Shown piece by piece: positions 48,901 to 60,089 of a stretch of 64,000 bases of DNA. The notes beneath the pieces were generated by a model. It worked only from the letters and a program-made list of their open reading frames with translations. It did not search any database and was not told the DNA's origin. How positions within the stretch are numbered: the stretch's first letter is position 1; each line of letters opens with the position of its first letter. A program made the position numbers and the translations under genes. Source of the DNA: an uncultured Planctomycetota bacterium (GTDB lineage Bacteria; Planctomycetota; Planctomycetia; Isosphaerales; Isosphaeraceae); the NCBI GenBank assembly GCA_963823665.1, contig CAWGMQ010000006.1:1376001-1440000 (forward strand), in the 5' to 3' direction.

Positions 48901-50110
48901 CCTTGTGCCGCCGCGTGAACTTGCCGAAGCGATACCAGGCCGACGGCGGGCAGGCAGCCACCGGCTCGTCGTGCAAGTAGCGCTCGACGTCCCGAGCCAG
49001 CTCGTTGGCCGTCTGGTAGCGGCGCGTGCGGTCCTTGTCGAGCGCCTTCATCACGATCCAGTCGAGCTCGCCGCGCAAGAGCCGGCAGAGCCGCTTTGGA
49101 TCGCTCTGCCGCTCGGCCGAGACCGTCACCGCTGAGGGGCCCAGGCTGCTCAGACGGGTGCTCGGGGTGGGGGGATCCTCTTCCCGGATGATCCGCCGCA
49201 TCTCGTCGTAGCCCGCCGTGCGCAGCCGCTCCTTGTCAAACGGCGTAATCCCCGCGAGCAGCTCATACAGCAGCACGCCCAGCGAATAGATGTCGCTGCG
49301 CGTGTCGATGTCCAGACCGCTCAACTGGGCCTGCTCGGGACTCATGTACATCGGTGTGCCGACCATCTGCGCGAAGCCCGTGAAGAGCGTCTTGTCCGTG
49401 AGCTGCTGCCCCAGTGCCTTGGCGATGCCGAAGTCGATCACCTTGACGACCGGCACGCCGTCGTGCAGCGTCACCATGACGTTCGAGGGTTTTAAGTCCC
49501 GGTGAATGATGCCCTTGTGGTGCGCGTGCTGCACGGCATGGCAGACGTGTGTGAACAGCACCAACCGCTCTTGCGTGGTCAGGCGGTTCTGATCGCAGTA
49601 GTCGGTGATCGGCACGCCCTTGACCAGCTCCATGACGAAGTGAGGGCGGCCCGAGCCAGTCTCACCGGCTTCGAGCACCCTGGCAATGTTGGGATGGTCC
49701 ATGAGTGCCAGCGCCTGGCGCTCGGCCTCGAAGCGGGCGATCACTTGCCGGGTGTCCATGCCGGGCTTGAGGATCTTGAGGGCCACCTTCCGTCGGACCG
49801 GCTGGTGCTGCTCGGCCATGAACACCAGGCCAAAGCCCCCCTCGCCGATCTGTTCCAGGAGCTTGTAGGGACCGATGATCGCGCCGGGACATTCGGTGAT
49901 CGGCGCGTCAATTGTTGCAGTGTGGCCAACCGGGGACGATTCCAGGAAGCTTCTCTCCTCTTCGTAAACCCGTAGCAGCTCCCCGAGCCGGTGCATGGCC
50001 GCTGGATGATCGCCGCAGGCCTCTTGAAGGTAGGCGGCGCGCTCTTCCGGCGCGGCGATGAGGCGGGCACGGTTGAAGATCTCTTTTTCCTCGAAAAGCT
50101 CGGCTGCCAT
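45936..50110 (-). CDS. Ser/Thr kinase-TM-TPR protein (kinase B; frameshift near 47015)
   Basis: 46538-50110 plus 45936-46970. Kinase motifs intact and C-terminal domain homologous to kinase A. Confidence 0.93.
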
Positions 50111-50178
50111 GGTTCGTTCCTCTATCTATCAAGGCGGAATCCGAGCCTGGCTCCCCTAAGGTTATGGGCAAAATAACT
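50111..50178 (-). promoter_or_regulatory. Conserved kinase upstream element
   Basis: Matches 32796-32862 and 60005-60068. Confidence 0.6.
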
Positions 50179-50235
50179 AAGGCGCGGAGATCGGATCCGG
50201 TGCATGTTCTTCAATGGGAAAGGTCGCGGTGACAC

Positions 50236-53200
50236 TCAGAGGTAGATCACGGTGCCATCGAAGTTGCCGTTGCTGGTCGAGGCGACATTAGCGGCGACCG
50301 TCGTTTTCTTGAGGGTGACGAGCGCGCCGGTGAAGACATAGAGGCCACCGGCTGCGCCATCGCCGTTGCTCCCACCGACGCCGGCCAGACCGCCCATGGC
50401 CATGTTCCGGGTGAGATCCATCTGGACGAGGGTCGCGGAGCCGCCAGCGCCGACGAAGGCACCGCCGCCGGAGCCGTTGCCGCCGTCGGCTCCCGAGCCG
50501 CCGCGGCCGCCTTGAGCCCCGTTGCCGATGAGCGTGCTGTTCGTGAGGACGATCGACGACGTGTCCGAAGAAGTACCGAACGCGATGCTACCGATGGCCA
50601 CGGCGATGCCGCCACCGATGCCGTCGCCGCCGTTGGCCCCCAAGTCGCCGGCACCGCCTTGGGCCAGGTTGACCGCGAACGTGGTCGTTGTGACGGTCGC
50701 GGTCGAGTTATCGGAAAGAGCCAGGCCGCCGCCGATGCCCGCTCCGCCGTTGCCGCCCGCGTAACCGGCACCGCCTGTTGCCCGGTTCGCTCCGAAGGCG
50801 CTGCTGGTGATGGTTGCGGTCGAGTTATTCTCGAGATCGACACCGCCCCCGATGCCATCGCCGCCGGCGCCGCCCTCTGCCGTGTTATCGAACAATGTGC
50901 TGCTGGTGAGCGCGAGACTCCCGTCGCTGCTAAAGATGCCGCCGCCTTCTGCGAAGCTGCCGCCGCTGGCCTGGTTCGTGATGATACTGCACGAGGAAAT
51001 GATCAGTGTGCCGTGGTTGAAAAGGCCGCCGCCATCAACGGCGGTGTTGCCGCTGACGGTGCACTTGGTCAGCGTGGTCGTGCTGCCGCCGTACCCGTTA
51101 GCCACGCCGCCGCCGTTGTTGCCGGCAGAGTTTCCGCTGATCGTGCAGTTGGTCAGCGTGGCTATCGGGCCATAGGTTGCCATGCCGCCGCCATTGTAGC
51201 CGGCCGTGTTGCCGCTGACGGTGGAGCTCAAGAGCATGATCGGGCCCGCGTTGAAGAGGCCGCCGCCGCTGTTGAAGGCGAAGTTGCCGCTAACGGTGCA
51301 GCTCGTCAGCGTGGCGCTCGCTCCTTGAACACTTGCCAGCCCGCCGCCGTTCGCGCCCGCCGAGTTGCCGCTGACGGTGCACTTTGAGAGCGTGATCGCC
51401 CCCGTGTTGAAGAGCCCGCCGCCGTCGGAGGAGGCGTAGTTGCGGTTGACCGTGCAGTTGGTCAGCGTCGCGAAGCCGTAGTTGTAAATGCCTCCGCCGG
51501 ACCCTTCGTAGAGGTACGGCAACCGGACTTCGGAGCTGGCTGTGTTGCCGCTGATGGTGCAGTTGGTCAGTGTGATCGCGCCGCTGTTCTCCAGGCCGCC
51601 GCCGCCGTATCGACCGTTGCCGCCGGTGATCGTCAGGCCCGAGATTGCCGCCGTGACGGGCCCGTCGATCTGGAACACCCGGCTCAGCCCGCCGCCGCTG
51701 ACCGTCACGCCTGCTGCTGGGCCGATGATCGTCTCCGTCCCGCTCGGGTCGCTCAACTCGAGCTGGAGACCCGCCAGAGTGATCGTCTGGACGGTGGCGA
51801 AAACGGTCGGGTCGAACGTGATCGTGTGGCCGGGAAGCGCGTTGGCGCTGGCGATCGCCTCGCGAAGGCTGGTCTTGCCGTCGGTGGGATCGGAGTAGTC
51901 GGCGGTCGTGTTGACGACAAAACTCGGAACGATGACAACCTGCAGCTCATAGGCGCCGATGTCGACACTGCCGTTGAAGAACCGTGGTGAGCCCCGCTGG
52001 TCGGTCGTGACTCCGGCAGGCACGAGCGCGGTGCTGCCGGCGCCGATTGCCGGGCTGCCGTAAAGCAGGGGCATGGTCTCTGTTGGCCCGCCGTAGTCGC
52101 CCAGCGGGGCCAGCTCGGCATTGAGCGGTAACGCGTCGGTGCCGGTCTGGTCGGAGCCCACCCAGCCCGAGCTGGCGTCGGCGGCGCCGATCAAGTTGTT
52201 GCCGTCGGATATGAAGATTCCATTGACGTCAGGCCCGCCTATGCCGATATTCCCGGCGACGATCGTGTTGCCCAACGTGGTCGAGCCGTAGATGTTCTCG
52301 ATGCCACCGCCGCTGGGGGCGGTGTTGCCGCTGATCGTGCAGTTCAAGACCGTGGCCGTGCCGCGGTAGTTTTCCAGGCCCCCGCCGTCGCCGGATAGTG
52401 AAGAGTTGCCGCTGATGGTGCAATTGGTCAGTGTTGCCGAGCCGAAGAGGTCATCCAGGCCGCCACCGTAGTGGGCGGAGTTGCCACTGACCGTGCAGTT
52501 CATCAGTGTGGTCGTGCCGCTGCTCGCGAATAACAGCAAGCCGCCACCGTTGCCGTTGCCGGCGGAGTTGCCGCTGACCGTGCAGTTGGTCAGCGTCACG
52601 GTGCCTGAGGCGTTCTCCAGGCCGCCGCCGTAAGCGGACGAGTTGCCGCTCAAGGTGCAGTTGGTCAGGGTCGTCGTGCCGAAGTCGTTCGCCAGGCCCC
52701 CGCCCTCGCCCGCCTGGTTGCCGCTGACCGTGCAGTTGGTCAGCATGGCCGCGCCGGAGGCGATCGCCAAGCCCCCGCCCGCGTTGGCCGAGTTGCCGCT
52801 GAGGGTGCAGTTGGTCAGCGTCGTGACGCCCCCATCGGTGTCCAGGCCCCCGCCGTAGCCGGCCGAGTTGCCGCTGAAGGTGCAGTCGGTCAGCGTGGGC
52901 GCACCGCCCGAGCTGTACAGGCCTCCGCCGAAGCCGGCCGAGTTGCCGCTCAACGTGCAGTCGGTCAGGGTGATCGTGCCGTAAACCACCAGGCCCCCGC
53001 CGGAGCCGTAGTAGCCGGCGTTGCCGCCGGTGATCGTCAATCCCGAGATTGACGCCGCGACGAGCCCGTCGACTTGAAACACTCGGCTCAGCCCGCCACC
53101 GCTGACAGTCAAGCCCGCCGCCGGGCCCTTGATCGTCTCCGTCCCGCTCGTGTTGCTCAGCTCGATCTGCGTGCCGTTCAAAGTGATCGTCTGCGGCGTC

Positions 53201-55960
53201 TCGAAAAGCGGGTTGTCAAAAAGAATCGTCTGGGCGCCGGGCAGGACGTTGGCCAGGTTGACCGCCTGGGGGAGTGTGAGCTGGCCGGGACTCGAAAGTT
53301 CACCACCCGCGGTGGTGTTAACGAGCTCCACTGCCTACCTCGAACGCGCCGATGTCAACGGCGCCCTGGCGGCTGAAGCCACGCTGATCCGTGGTCGGGA
53401 TGCCAGCGCCCTTGGCGCCCGTACCTATGGCCGCACTCCCAGTCAGCAGGGCCATCGTCTGAGTCGGCCCGCCGTAGTCGCCCAGCGGGGCGAGCCCTGG
53501 GTTGAGCACGCCGACGATGTTGCCGGCGACCCCGTTCATCAGCCCGCCCGAGCCGCCCGTGCCGATCAAGTTAAACGAGCCCAAGACAGCGCCTGAGACG
53601 TCGCCTCCCGTTGTCTGGCCGGCGACGATCGTGTTGGTCAGCGTGGTCGCGCCCCCCTCGCTGAACAGGCCACCCCCACTCACGGACGCGGAGTTGCCAC
53701 TGACGGTCACGTTGGTCAGCTTGGTCGTGCCGCCAGAGGCGTAGAGGCCGCCGCCGCTTTCGGAGGCGGAGTTGCCACTGACGGTCACGTTGGTCAGCGT
53801 GGTCGTGCCGCCAGAGCCGTAGAGGCCGCCGCCGCTTTCGGAGGCGGAGTTGCCACTGATGGTCACGTTGGTCAACGTGGTCGTGCCACCCCGGCTCGAG
53901 AGGCCGCCGCCGTCTGCGCCGCTGGAGTTTCCGCTCACGGTCACGTCGGTCAGCGTGATCGTACCCCCCTGGCTGAACAGACCGCCGCCGTTCGTGCCGG
54001 CGGTGTTGCCGCTGACGGTCACGTTGTTCAGCGTGGTCGTGCCCCCCTGGCTCAAGAGCCCGCCGCCGTTTGTGCCGGCGGTGTTGCCGCTTAAGGTCAC
54101 GTTCGTCAACGTGGTTGTGCCGCCATCGTTGTACAGACCGCCGCCGCTCGCGGCACTACCACCGGTGATTGTCAATCCGGACAGAGACGCGGTGACGCCC
54201 GCGTCGACCTGAAGCACCCGGCTCAGCCCTCCGCCGCTGAGCGTCAGCCCCGCCGCCGGGGCCATGATCGTCTCGGTCCCGCTCGTGTCGCTCAGATCGA
54301 GCTGGAGACCTGCCAGAGTGATGGTCTGGGCGGTCGCGAAGACGGTCGGATCAAACGTGATCGTGTGGACGGGAAGCGCGTTGGCGCTGGCGATCGCCTC
54401 GCGAAGGCTGGTATTGCCGTCGGTTGGATCGGAGTAGTCGGCGGTGATGTTGACCACGAAGCTCGGAACGATGACGACCTGCAGCTCATACGCGCCGATG
54501 TCGACATTGCCGTTGAAGAACCGGGGCGAGCCCGTCTGGTCGGTCGTGATGCCGGCAGGCACGAGAGCGTCGCTGCCGGCGGCGATCGCCGGGCTGCCGT
54601 AAAGAAGTGGCATGGTCTGGGTCGGCCCGCCGTAGTTGCCCAAAGGCGCCAGACCGGGATTGGCGACGCCGACAATGTTGCCGCCGACCCCGTTCAACAG
54701 TCCGCCCGATCCGCCGGTGCCAATCAGGTTAAACGAGCCTGAAACAACGCCTGAGATGTCGCCTCCCGCCTTCTGGCCGGCGACGATCGTGTTGTTAAGC
54801 GTGGCCGTGCCGCTCGTGATGTCCAGCCCGCCGCCGCTAGAGGTCGCGGAGTTGCCGCTGACGGTCACATCGTTCAGCGCTATCACGCCGCCTGAGGTAT
54901 ACAGGCCGCCGCCGTCTGTACCCGCAGAGTTTTCGCTGACGGTCACGTTGGTCAGCGTCGCCGTGCCGCCCTGGTTGTCGAGGCCGCCGCCGCTAGAAGT
55001 CGCGGAGTTGCCGCTGACGGTCACGTCAATCAGCGTGGTCATGACACCAAAGGTGTACAGGCCGCCGCCGCTGGATGAGGCGGAGTTGCCGCTGACGGCC
55101 GAGTTGGTCAGCGTGGTCGTGCCCCCCTGGTCCAGCAGTCCGCCGCCGTTTGTATCGGCGGTGTTGCCGCTGACGGTTACGTTCGTCAACGTGGTCGTGC
55201 CGCCGAAGCTGGCAACGCCACCGCCACTTTTAAGAGCGGAGTTTCCGCGGATGGTGGAGTAGGTCAGCGTCGTGGTGGCGTCAGTAGAGTACAGGCCGCC
55301 GCCGCTGCTGGAGGCGGAGTTGCCGCTCACCGTACAGCTCGTCAGCGTGGTCGTGCCGTTCGCAGTGTAGACGCCGCCCCCGTTTGTGCCGGCGGAGTTT
55401 CCGCTCAAGATGGTGCTGTTCAGCGTCGTCGTGCCCCCGTGGTTCAAAACGCCGCCGCCGATTGCGCTGGCGGAGTTTCCGCTGATCGTGCAAACGCTCA
55501 GCGTGGCCGTTCCCCCATCGTCGTACAGACCGCCGCCGCCGGCGGCTTTGCCATCCGCAATCGTGAGTCCCGTGATTACTGCCGTGACACCCGCGTCGAC
55601 CTGAAACACCCGGCTCAGCCCTCCGCCGCTGACCGTGACACGCGCCGACGGGCCTCTGATCGTCTGCGTCCCGCTCGTGTTGCTCAGCTCGAGCTGGGTG
55701 CCCTTGAGGGTGATCGTCCTCGGCGACCTGAAATCGAGACTGCTAAAAGTGATGGTGTTGGCACCAGCACTCGAATTTGCCAGGCCAATCTCATAGGGCA
55801 GCGAGCCCGTGCCGCTGTCGGCGGTGTTGGTCACGGTGAATGTCGCCAGCAGCGTGCGATCCTCCAAGGCCAGCAACGTCGGCTGGATCCGCCTCTGTTT
55901 TCGGCCCTGGACCGTTTCCCGCCAATCCTTGCGCTCTACGCTCGGTGACTTGCGGCTCAT
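50236..55960 (-). CDS. Large secreted beta-helix protein (~1900 aa), probably one gene split by a frameshift near 53335
   Basis: 53318-55975 (leader LLALEDRTLL, ATG at 55960) ends DIGAFE. 50236-53331 begins LVNTT...LPQAVNLAN, the same module junction seen in-frame in 33026-41821. Confidence 0.85.
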
Positions 55961-56038
55961 GATTTTCTCGCTCACGTGGAGTTGAATTTGGCCTGGGAAG
56001 AAAAAAGCACCTCACGCGTTCACGATTGCGCAAAGAAG

Positions 56039-59000
56039 TCAATTCGTTTTCCCTTCCACACCCAGCAACTGCGCGGCTTCGGCTCGAACGGCGAGAACTT
56101 CCTGATCGTCGACCTTGTTTTTCTCCATCCACTTCATGGCCCCCTCTTGCCATTTCCGAGCCTGCTCCTTGTCACCGGCTTGCCAGTGGGCCATGGCCAG
56201 GAAGAACCAATCGGAGCTGGCGCCGCCGCCGCTCAGCTCGACGGACTTCTGCAAAGCGATCGACGCAGCTTTCCAGTGGCCGGCGCGGTACTGAGCCACG
56301 CCGAGGATTCTCCAGAGGCCTGCATTGGCCGGCGCCAGGTCAACTGCTTTGGTGGCGAGCTCGACCGCCTGGGCCGGCTCACGAAGTTTGGCGTCGGGGC
56401 AGGTTGCCAAGAGCCAGGCAAGTCCCCGGCATGCCTCGACCAGACCGGGCTTCAATTGCACGGACTTTTTGAAATGTGCAAGCGACTCTTCCCATCGGCG
56501 CTTCTGGCTCAATGCCACGGCGAGCCCACAATGCGCCAGCGCGTCTTGCGGATCAACGCGCAGAGCCTGTTGGAAGGCGGCGACGGCGCCGTCGTAGTCG
56601 TGCTTTCTGTCGCACAACAGAGCACCGAGCTCGCGGTGCGCGCCCGGAAAATCGGGCTGGAGCCGGACGACCTCGTTGAAAGCGGCCACGGCCTCGTCCG
56701 CCTTGCCGCGCATTCGGAGCGCCGTGCCCAGGTTGAAACGGACGCCGGGCACATTCCCGTCCAGGCGAATGCCGTCCTTGAAAGCATCGATGGCCAAGTC
56801 CAGCAAACCCTTGTTGCCGAGTGCGATTCCAAGGTTGGCATGGGCGACTGCCATCTTGGGCCGCAGGCGAATGGCTTCCCGGAACTCGGCAATCGCCCGA
56901 TCGTAGTCGTGACGGATGTCGCAGTAATAGGAACCCAGATTGACGTGCGGATTGGGATCGTCCGGTTTCAGCTTCAGCGTTTTTTCGAACTCTGCCGCAG
57001 CTTCGTCGGGACGACCCGTCTCGCGCAACAACACGCCCAGCGAGTTGTGCGCGTTCGAGTCCGGCTTGATGCCGATGGCCCGGCGGTAGGCATTGATGGC
57101 GTCGTTCAGGAGGCCTTTGCCGCGGTAGGCCTGGCCAAGGTTGAAGCAAGCGTCGAAGCGGTTGCCGTCGAGCTCGAGAGCGGCCCGGAACTCGGCGATG
57201 GCCCGGTCATAATCATGCCGCACATCGCACCAGATGACACCTAGACCAACGTGGGCGTCGGCGCTCTTGAGATCGAGTCGCAGAGCTGATTCATACGCCG
57301 CCAGCGCGAGAGCGGTCTGGCCATTGGCCGATAGGGCGTCGGCCAGATCGACGTGCAGGCGCGGCTCGTCCGGCCTCAAGCTCACGGCTTTCTGTGCTTC
57401 GGCGATGCTCTGGTCAAGCAAGCCCTTTTCGCGGAGCAGCGCTGCCAGATTGGCGTGGGCCTCGAACAAATCAGGCTTCAAGGCAATGGCGTACTCGTAG
57501 GCGGCGACAGCCTGTTCCAGCCGGCCTTTACGCCACAGCGCCGTGCCGAGGTGGACGTGTGCCTCGGCGTGGCCAGGCTCCAGCCGAACAGCTTGCTCCT
57601 GGTCGGCCAGGGCCTGATCCAGCTTGCCCATGTAGCGATAGACATTGCCGCGCTGGGTGAAAGCCTCGGTATCGGGCGGACCAAGCTCAATGGCTTTGGA
57701 ATAATCAAGAATCGCGTCTTCATAGCGGCGCAGCTTCCGGTAAGCCCAGCCGCGCAGCGTAAAGGCCATGCCGTCACTCGGCCGTTGCATGATACAACCG
57801 GTGTACACTCGGGCCGCTTCGCGCCAGTCGTTCTCGTCGCCGAGATCGAGCAAGCAAGTTCCGAGCCAGACCATTGACCAGTAATGCGCGGGCTCGACTC
57901 GCAGGGCCGATTCGAACTGTCGGATTGCCTCTTGCTTGTTTTTGTCCTTGAAGGCCCTCAGTCCAAGAAGGTTGTGATCTACCGCGAGCGTAGCCGGCGC
58001 CTGCCGGGCACGCCGTTCGTCGCTCTGTGCGGCCTCTTTCTGCTGGAGAAGTGCTCGGCAGCGGGCACGCATCGAGAAGAATGCGGGTGTGGGAGGGCGT
58101 GCCGTTTCGGCTCTTTCCAGATAGTGCAAAGCCAACTGGCCCGCAGACTCCGGAGATAACTTCGCACCCGAGACGGGATCTCGCAACCCGTCGACTACGC
58201 TATCTGCCAGCCACACCAGGTCTTCATAGACCTCTTCTTGAAGCCGCTTGGTTAGCTCGGCGCCCACACCGGAGCGAACGAGGGTGGAAGTCCAATCGGC
58301 CCGCTCCATCACCTCGCAAATGGACAGGGCCTTGAGAAGGTAAGTCTCCGGTGGGTCTGGCGGTGCGTCCGCGCGATTGTCCACCGATACGGAGAGTCCG
58401 CCTGAGGGAGCGCGGGCTTCGGCCGACGTGCTGCGGAAGATGAGTGCCTCGGCCGACCGAGGGGTGAGCGCTCGGTGTGCGAGATCGACCCAGTGGAAAA
58501 AAGATTCCAGCTTGCCGACTTGCGAATCCAGGGCCAGGAGGTCGTCCGCCAGCGATCTCGCGGCGGCGGGATCGAGGTCCAGATGTCCCCGGGCTTCGGT
58601 CAGCTTCTGACGAGCGGCGCTCAAGCGGCCCTGCTCGAGCAGCGTTCTGGCGACGGCTACGGATTGACGAGCCTTGGCAGCGACGCTGGCCTGGCGCGCG
58701 GCACGTTCCCGCGCAACCCAGCCGATGCTGCCGGCGACCACGGCGATCACCACGACCAACATCACCGTGCCTGCAAATGCGGTCACGAGCGCCGCGCGGT
58801 GGCGGCGGATGAACTTCCGGCAGAGGTAAGAGCGCGACGGCGGGCAGGCCAGAATCGCTTCGTCGTGGATGTACCGTTCGATGTCGGCCGCCAGTGCGCT
58901 GGCGGTCTCGTAGCGGCGGTTGCGGTCCTTCTCGAGCGCCTTCATCACGATCCAGTCCAGCTCGCCACGCAAAAGCCGGCAGAGCTGCTTCGGATCGCTC

Positions 59001-60004
59001 TGCCGCTCGGCCGAAACCGTCACCGCTGCAGGGCCCAGCGTGCTCAGGCGCGTGCTCGGGCTGGGGGGATCCTCTTCCCGGATGATCCGCCGCATTTCGT
59101 CGTAGCCCGCCGTGCGCATCCGTTCCCTGTCAAACGGCGTAACCCCCGCGAGCAGTTCGTACAGAAGCACGCCCAGGGAGTAGATGTCGCTGCGCGTGTC
59201 GATGTCCAGGCCACTCAATTGGGCCTGCTCGGGACTCATGTACATCGGCGTGCCGACCATCTGCGCAAAGCCGGTAAAGAGCGTCTTGTCCGTGAGCTGC
59301 TGCCCCAGGGCTTTGGCGATGCCGAAGTCGATCACCTTGACGACCGGCACGTCGTCGTGAAGCGTCACCATGACGTTCGAGGGTTTCAAGTCCCGGTGGA
59401 TGATCCCCTTCTGGTGCGCGTGCTGCACGGCATGGCAGACGTGCGTGAACAGCGCCAGCCGCTCTCGGGTGGGCAGACGGTTCTGATCGCAGTAGTCGGT
59501 GATCGGCACGCCCCTGACCAGCTCCATGACGAAGTAGGGCCGGCCCGAGGGCGTGGCGCCGCCGTCGTGCACCTTGGCGATGTTGGGATGATCCATGATC
59601 GCCAGCGCCTGTCGCTCGGCCTCGAAGCGGGCGACCACTTGCCGGGTGTCCATGCCGGGCTTGAGGATCTTGAGGGCCACCTTGCGGCGCACCGGCTGCT
59701 GCTGCTCAGCCATGAACACCAGGCCGAAGCCCCCCTCGCCGATCTGTTCCAGCAGCTTGTAGGGACCGATGATCGTGCCGGCGGATTCGGCAATCGGTCT
59801 GTCAATGGTCGTAGGGTCGGGAACCGGGGATGCTTCGAGGAAGCTTCTCTCCTCTTCATAAACCCGCAGCAGCTCCTCGAGCCGGTGCATGGCCGCTGGA
59901 TGATGGCCGCAGGCCTCTTGAAGGTAGGCGGCGCGCTCTTCCGGCGCGGCGATCTGGCGGGCACGGTTGAAGATCTCTTTTTCCTCGAAAAGCTCGGCTG
60001 CCAT
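56039..60004 (-). CDS. Ser/Thr kinase-TM-TPR protein (kinase C)
   Basis: Kinase domain highly similar to A and B. TM ALVTAFAGTVMLVVVIAVVAGSIGWV; divergent TPR region ending LAWLLATCPD...DWFFLAMAHWQ. Confidence 0.97.
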   Translation of the reverse strand: MAAELFEEKEIFNRARQIAAPEERAAYLQEACGHHPAAMHRLEELLRVYEEERSFLEASPVPDPTTIDRPIAESAGTIIGPYKLLEQIGEGGFGLVFMAEQQQPVRRKVALKILKPGMDTRQVVARFEAERQALAIMDHPNIAKVHDGGATPSGRPYFVMELVRGVPITDYCDQNRLPTRERLALFTHVCHAVQHAHQKGIIHRDLKPSNVMVTLHDDVPVVKVIDFGIAKALGQQLTDKTLFTGFAQMVGTPMYMSPEQAQLSGLDIDTRSDIYSLGVLLYELLAGVTPFDRERMRTAGYDEMRRIIREEDPPSPSTRLSTLGPAAVTVSAERQSDPKQLCRLLRGELDWIVMKALEKDRNRRYETASALAADIERYIHDEAILACPPSRSYLCRKFIRRHRAALVTAFAGTVMLVVVIAVVAGSIGWVARERAARQASVAAKARQSVAVARTLLEQGRLSAARQKLTEARGHLDLDPAAARSLADDLLALDSQVGKLESFFHWVDLAHRALTPRSAEALIFRSTSAEARAPSGGLSVSVDNRADAPPDPPETYLLKALSICEVMERADWTSTLVRSGVGAELTKRLQEEVYEDLVWLADSVVDGLRDPVSGAKLSPESAGQLALHYLERAETARPPTPAFFSMRARCRALLQQKEAAQSDERRARQAPATLAVDHNLLGLRAFKDKNKQEAIRQFESALRVEPAHYWSMVWLGTCLLDLGDENDWREAARVYTGCIMQRPSDGMAFTLRGWAYRKLRRYEDAILDYSKAIELGPPDTEAFTQRGNVYRYMGKLDQALADQEQAVRLEPGHAEAHVHLGTALWRKGRLEQAVAAYEYAIALKPDLFEAHANLAALLREKGLLDQSIAEAQKAVSLRPDEPRLHVDLADALSANGQTALALAAYESALRLDLKSADAHVGLGVIWCDVRHDYDRAIAEFRAALELDGNRFDACFNLGQAYRGKGLLNDAINAYRRAIGIKPDSNAHNSLGVLLRETGRPDEAAAEFEKTLKLKPDDPNPHVNLGSYYCDIRHDYDRAIAEFREAIRLRPKMAVAHANLGIALGNKGLLDLAIDAFKDGIRLDGNVPGVRFNLGTALRMRGKADEAVAAFNEVVRLQPDFPGAHRELGALLCDRKHDYDGAVAAFQQALRVDPQDALAHCGLAVALSQKRRWEESLAHFKKSVQLKPGLVEACRGLAWLLATCPDAKLREPAQAVELATKAVDLAPANAGLWRILGVAQYRAGHWKAASIALQKSVELSGGGASSDWFFLAMAHWQAGDKEQARKWQEGAMKWMEKNKVDDQEVLAVRAEAAQLLGVEGKTN

Positions 60005-60068
60005 GGTTCGTTCCCCTATCAATCAAGGCGGAATCCGAGCCTGGCTCCCCTAACGTTATGCGCAAAAA
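60005..60068 (-). promoter_or_regulatory. Conserved kinase upstream element between sigma and kinase C
   Basis: Third copy of the ~65-bp element. Confidence 0.6.
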
Positions 60069-60089
60069 AACCGGCGCGGGCAGCGGGTT

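Noticed and set aside
29208..60004. Diversity-generating retroelement acting on TPR regions
   Set aside because: No reverse transcriptase in the window and no adenine-specific TR/VR pair seen.
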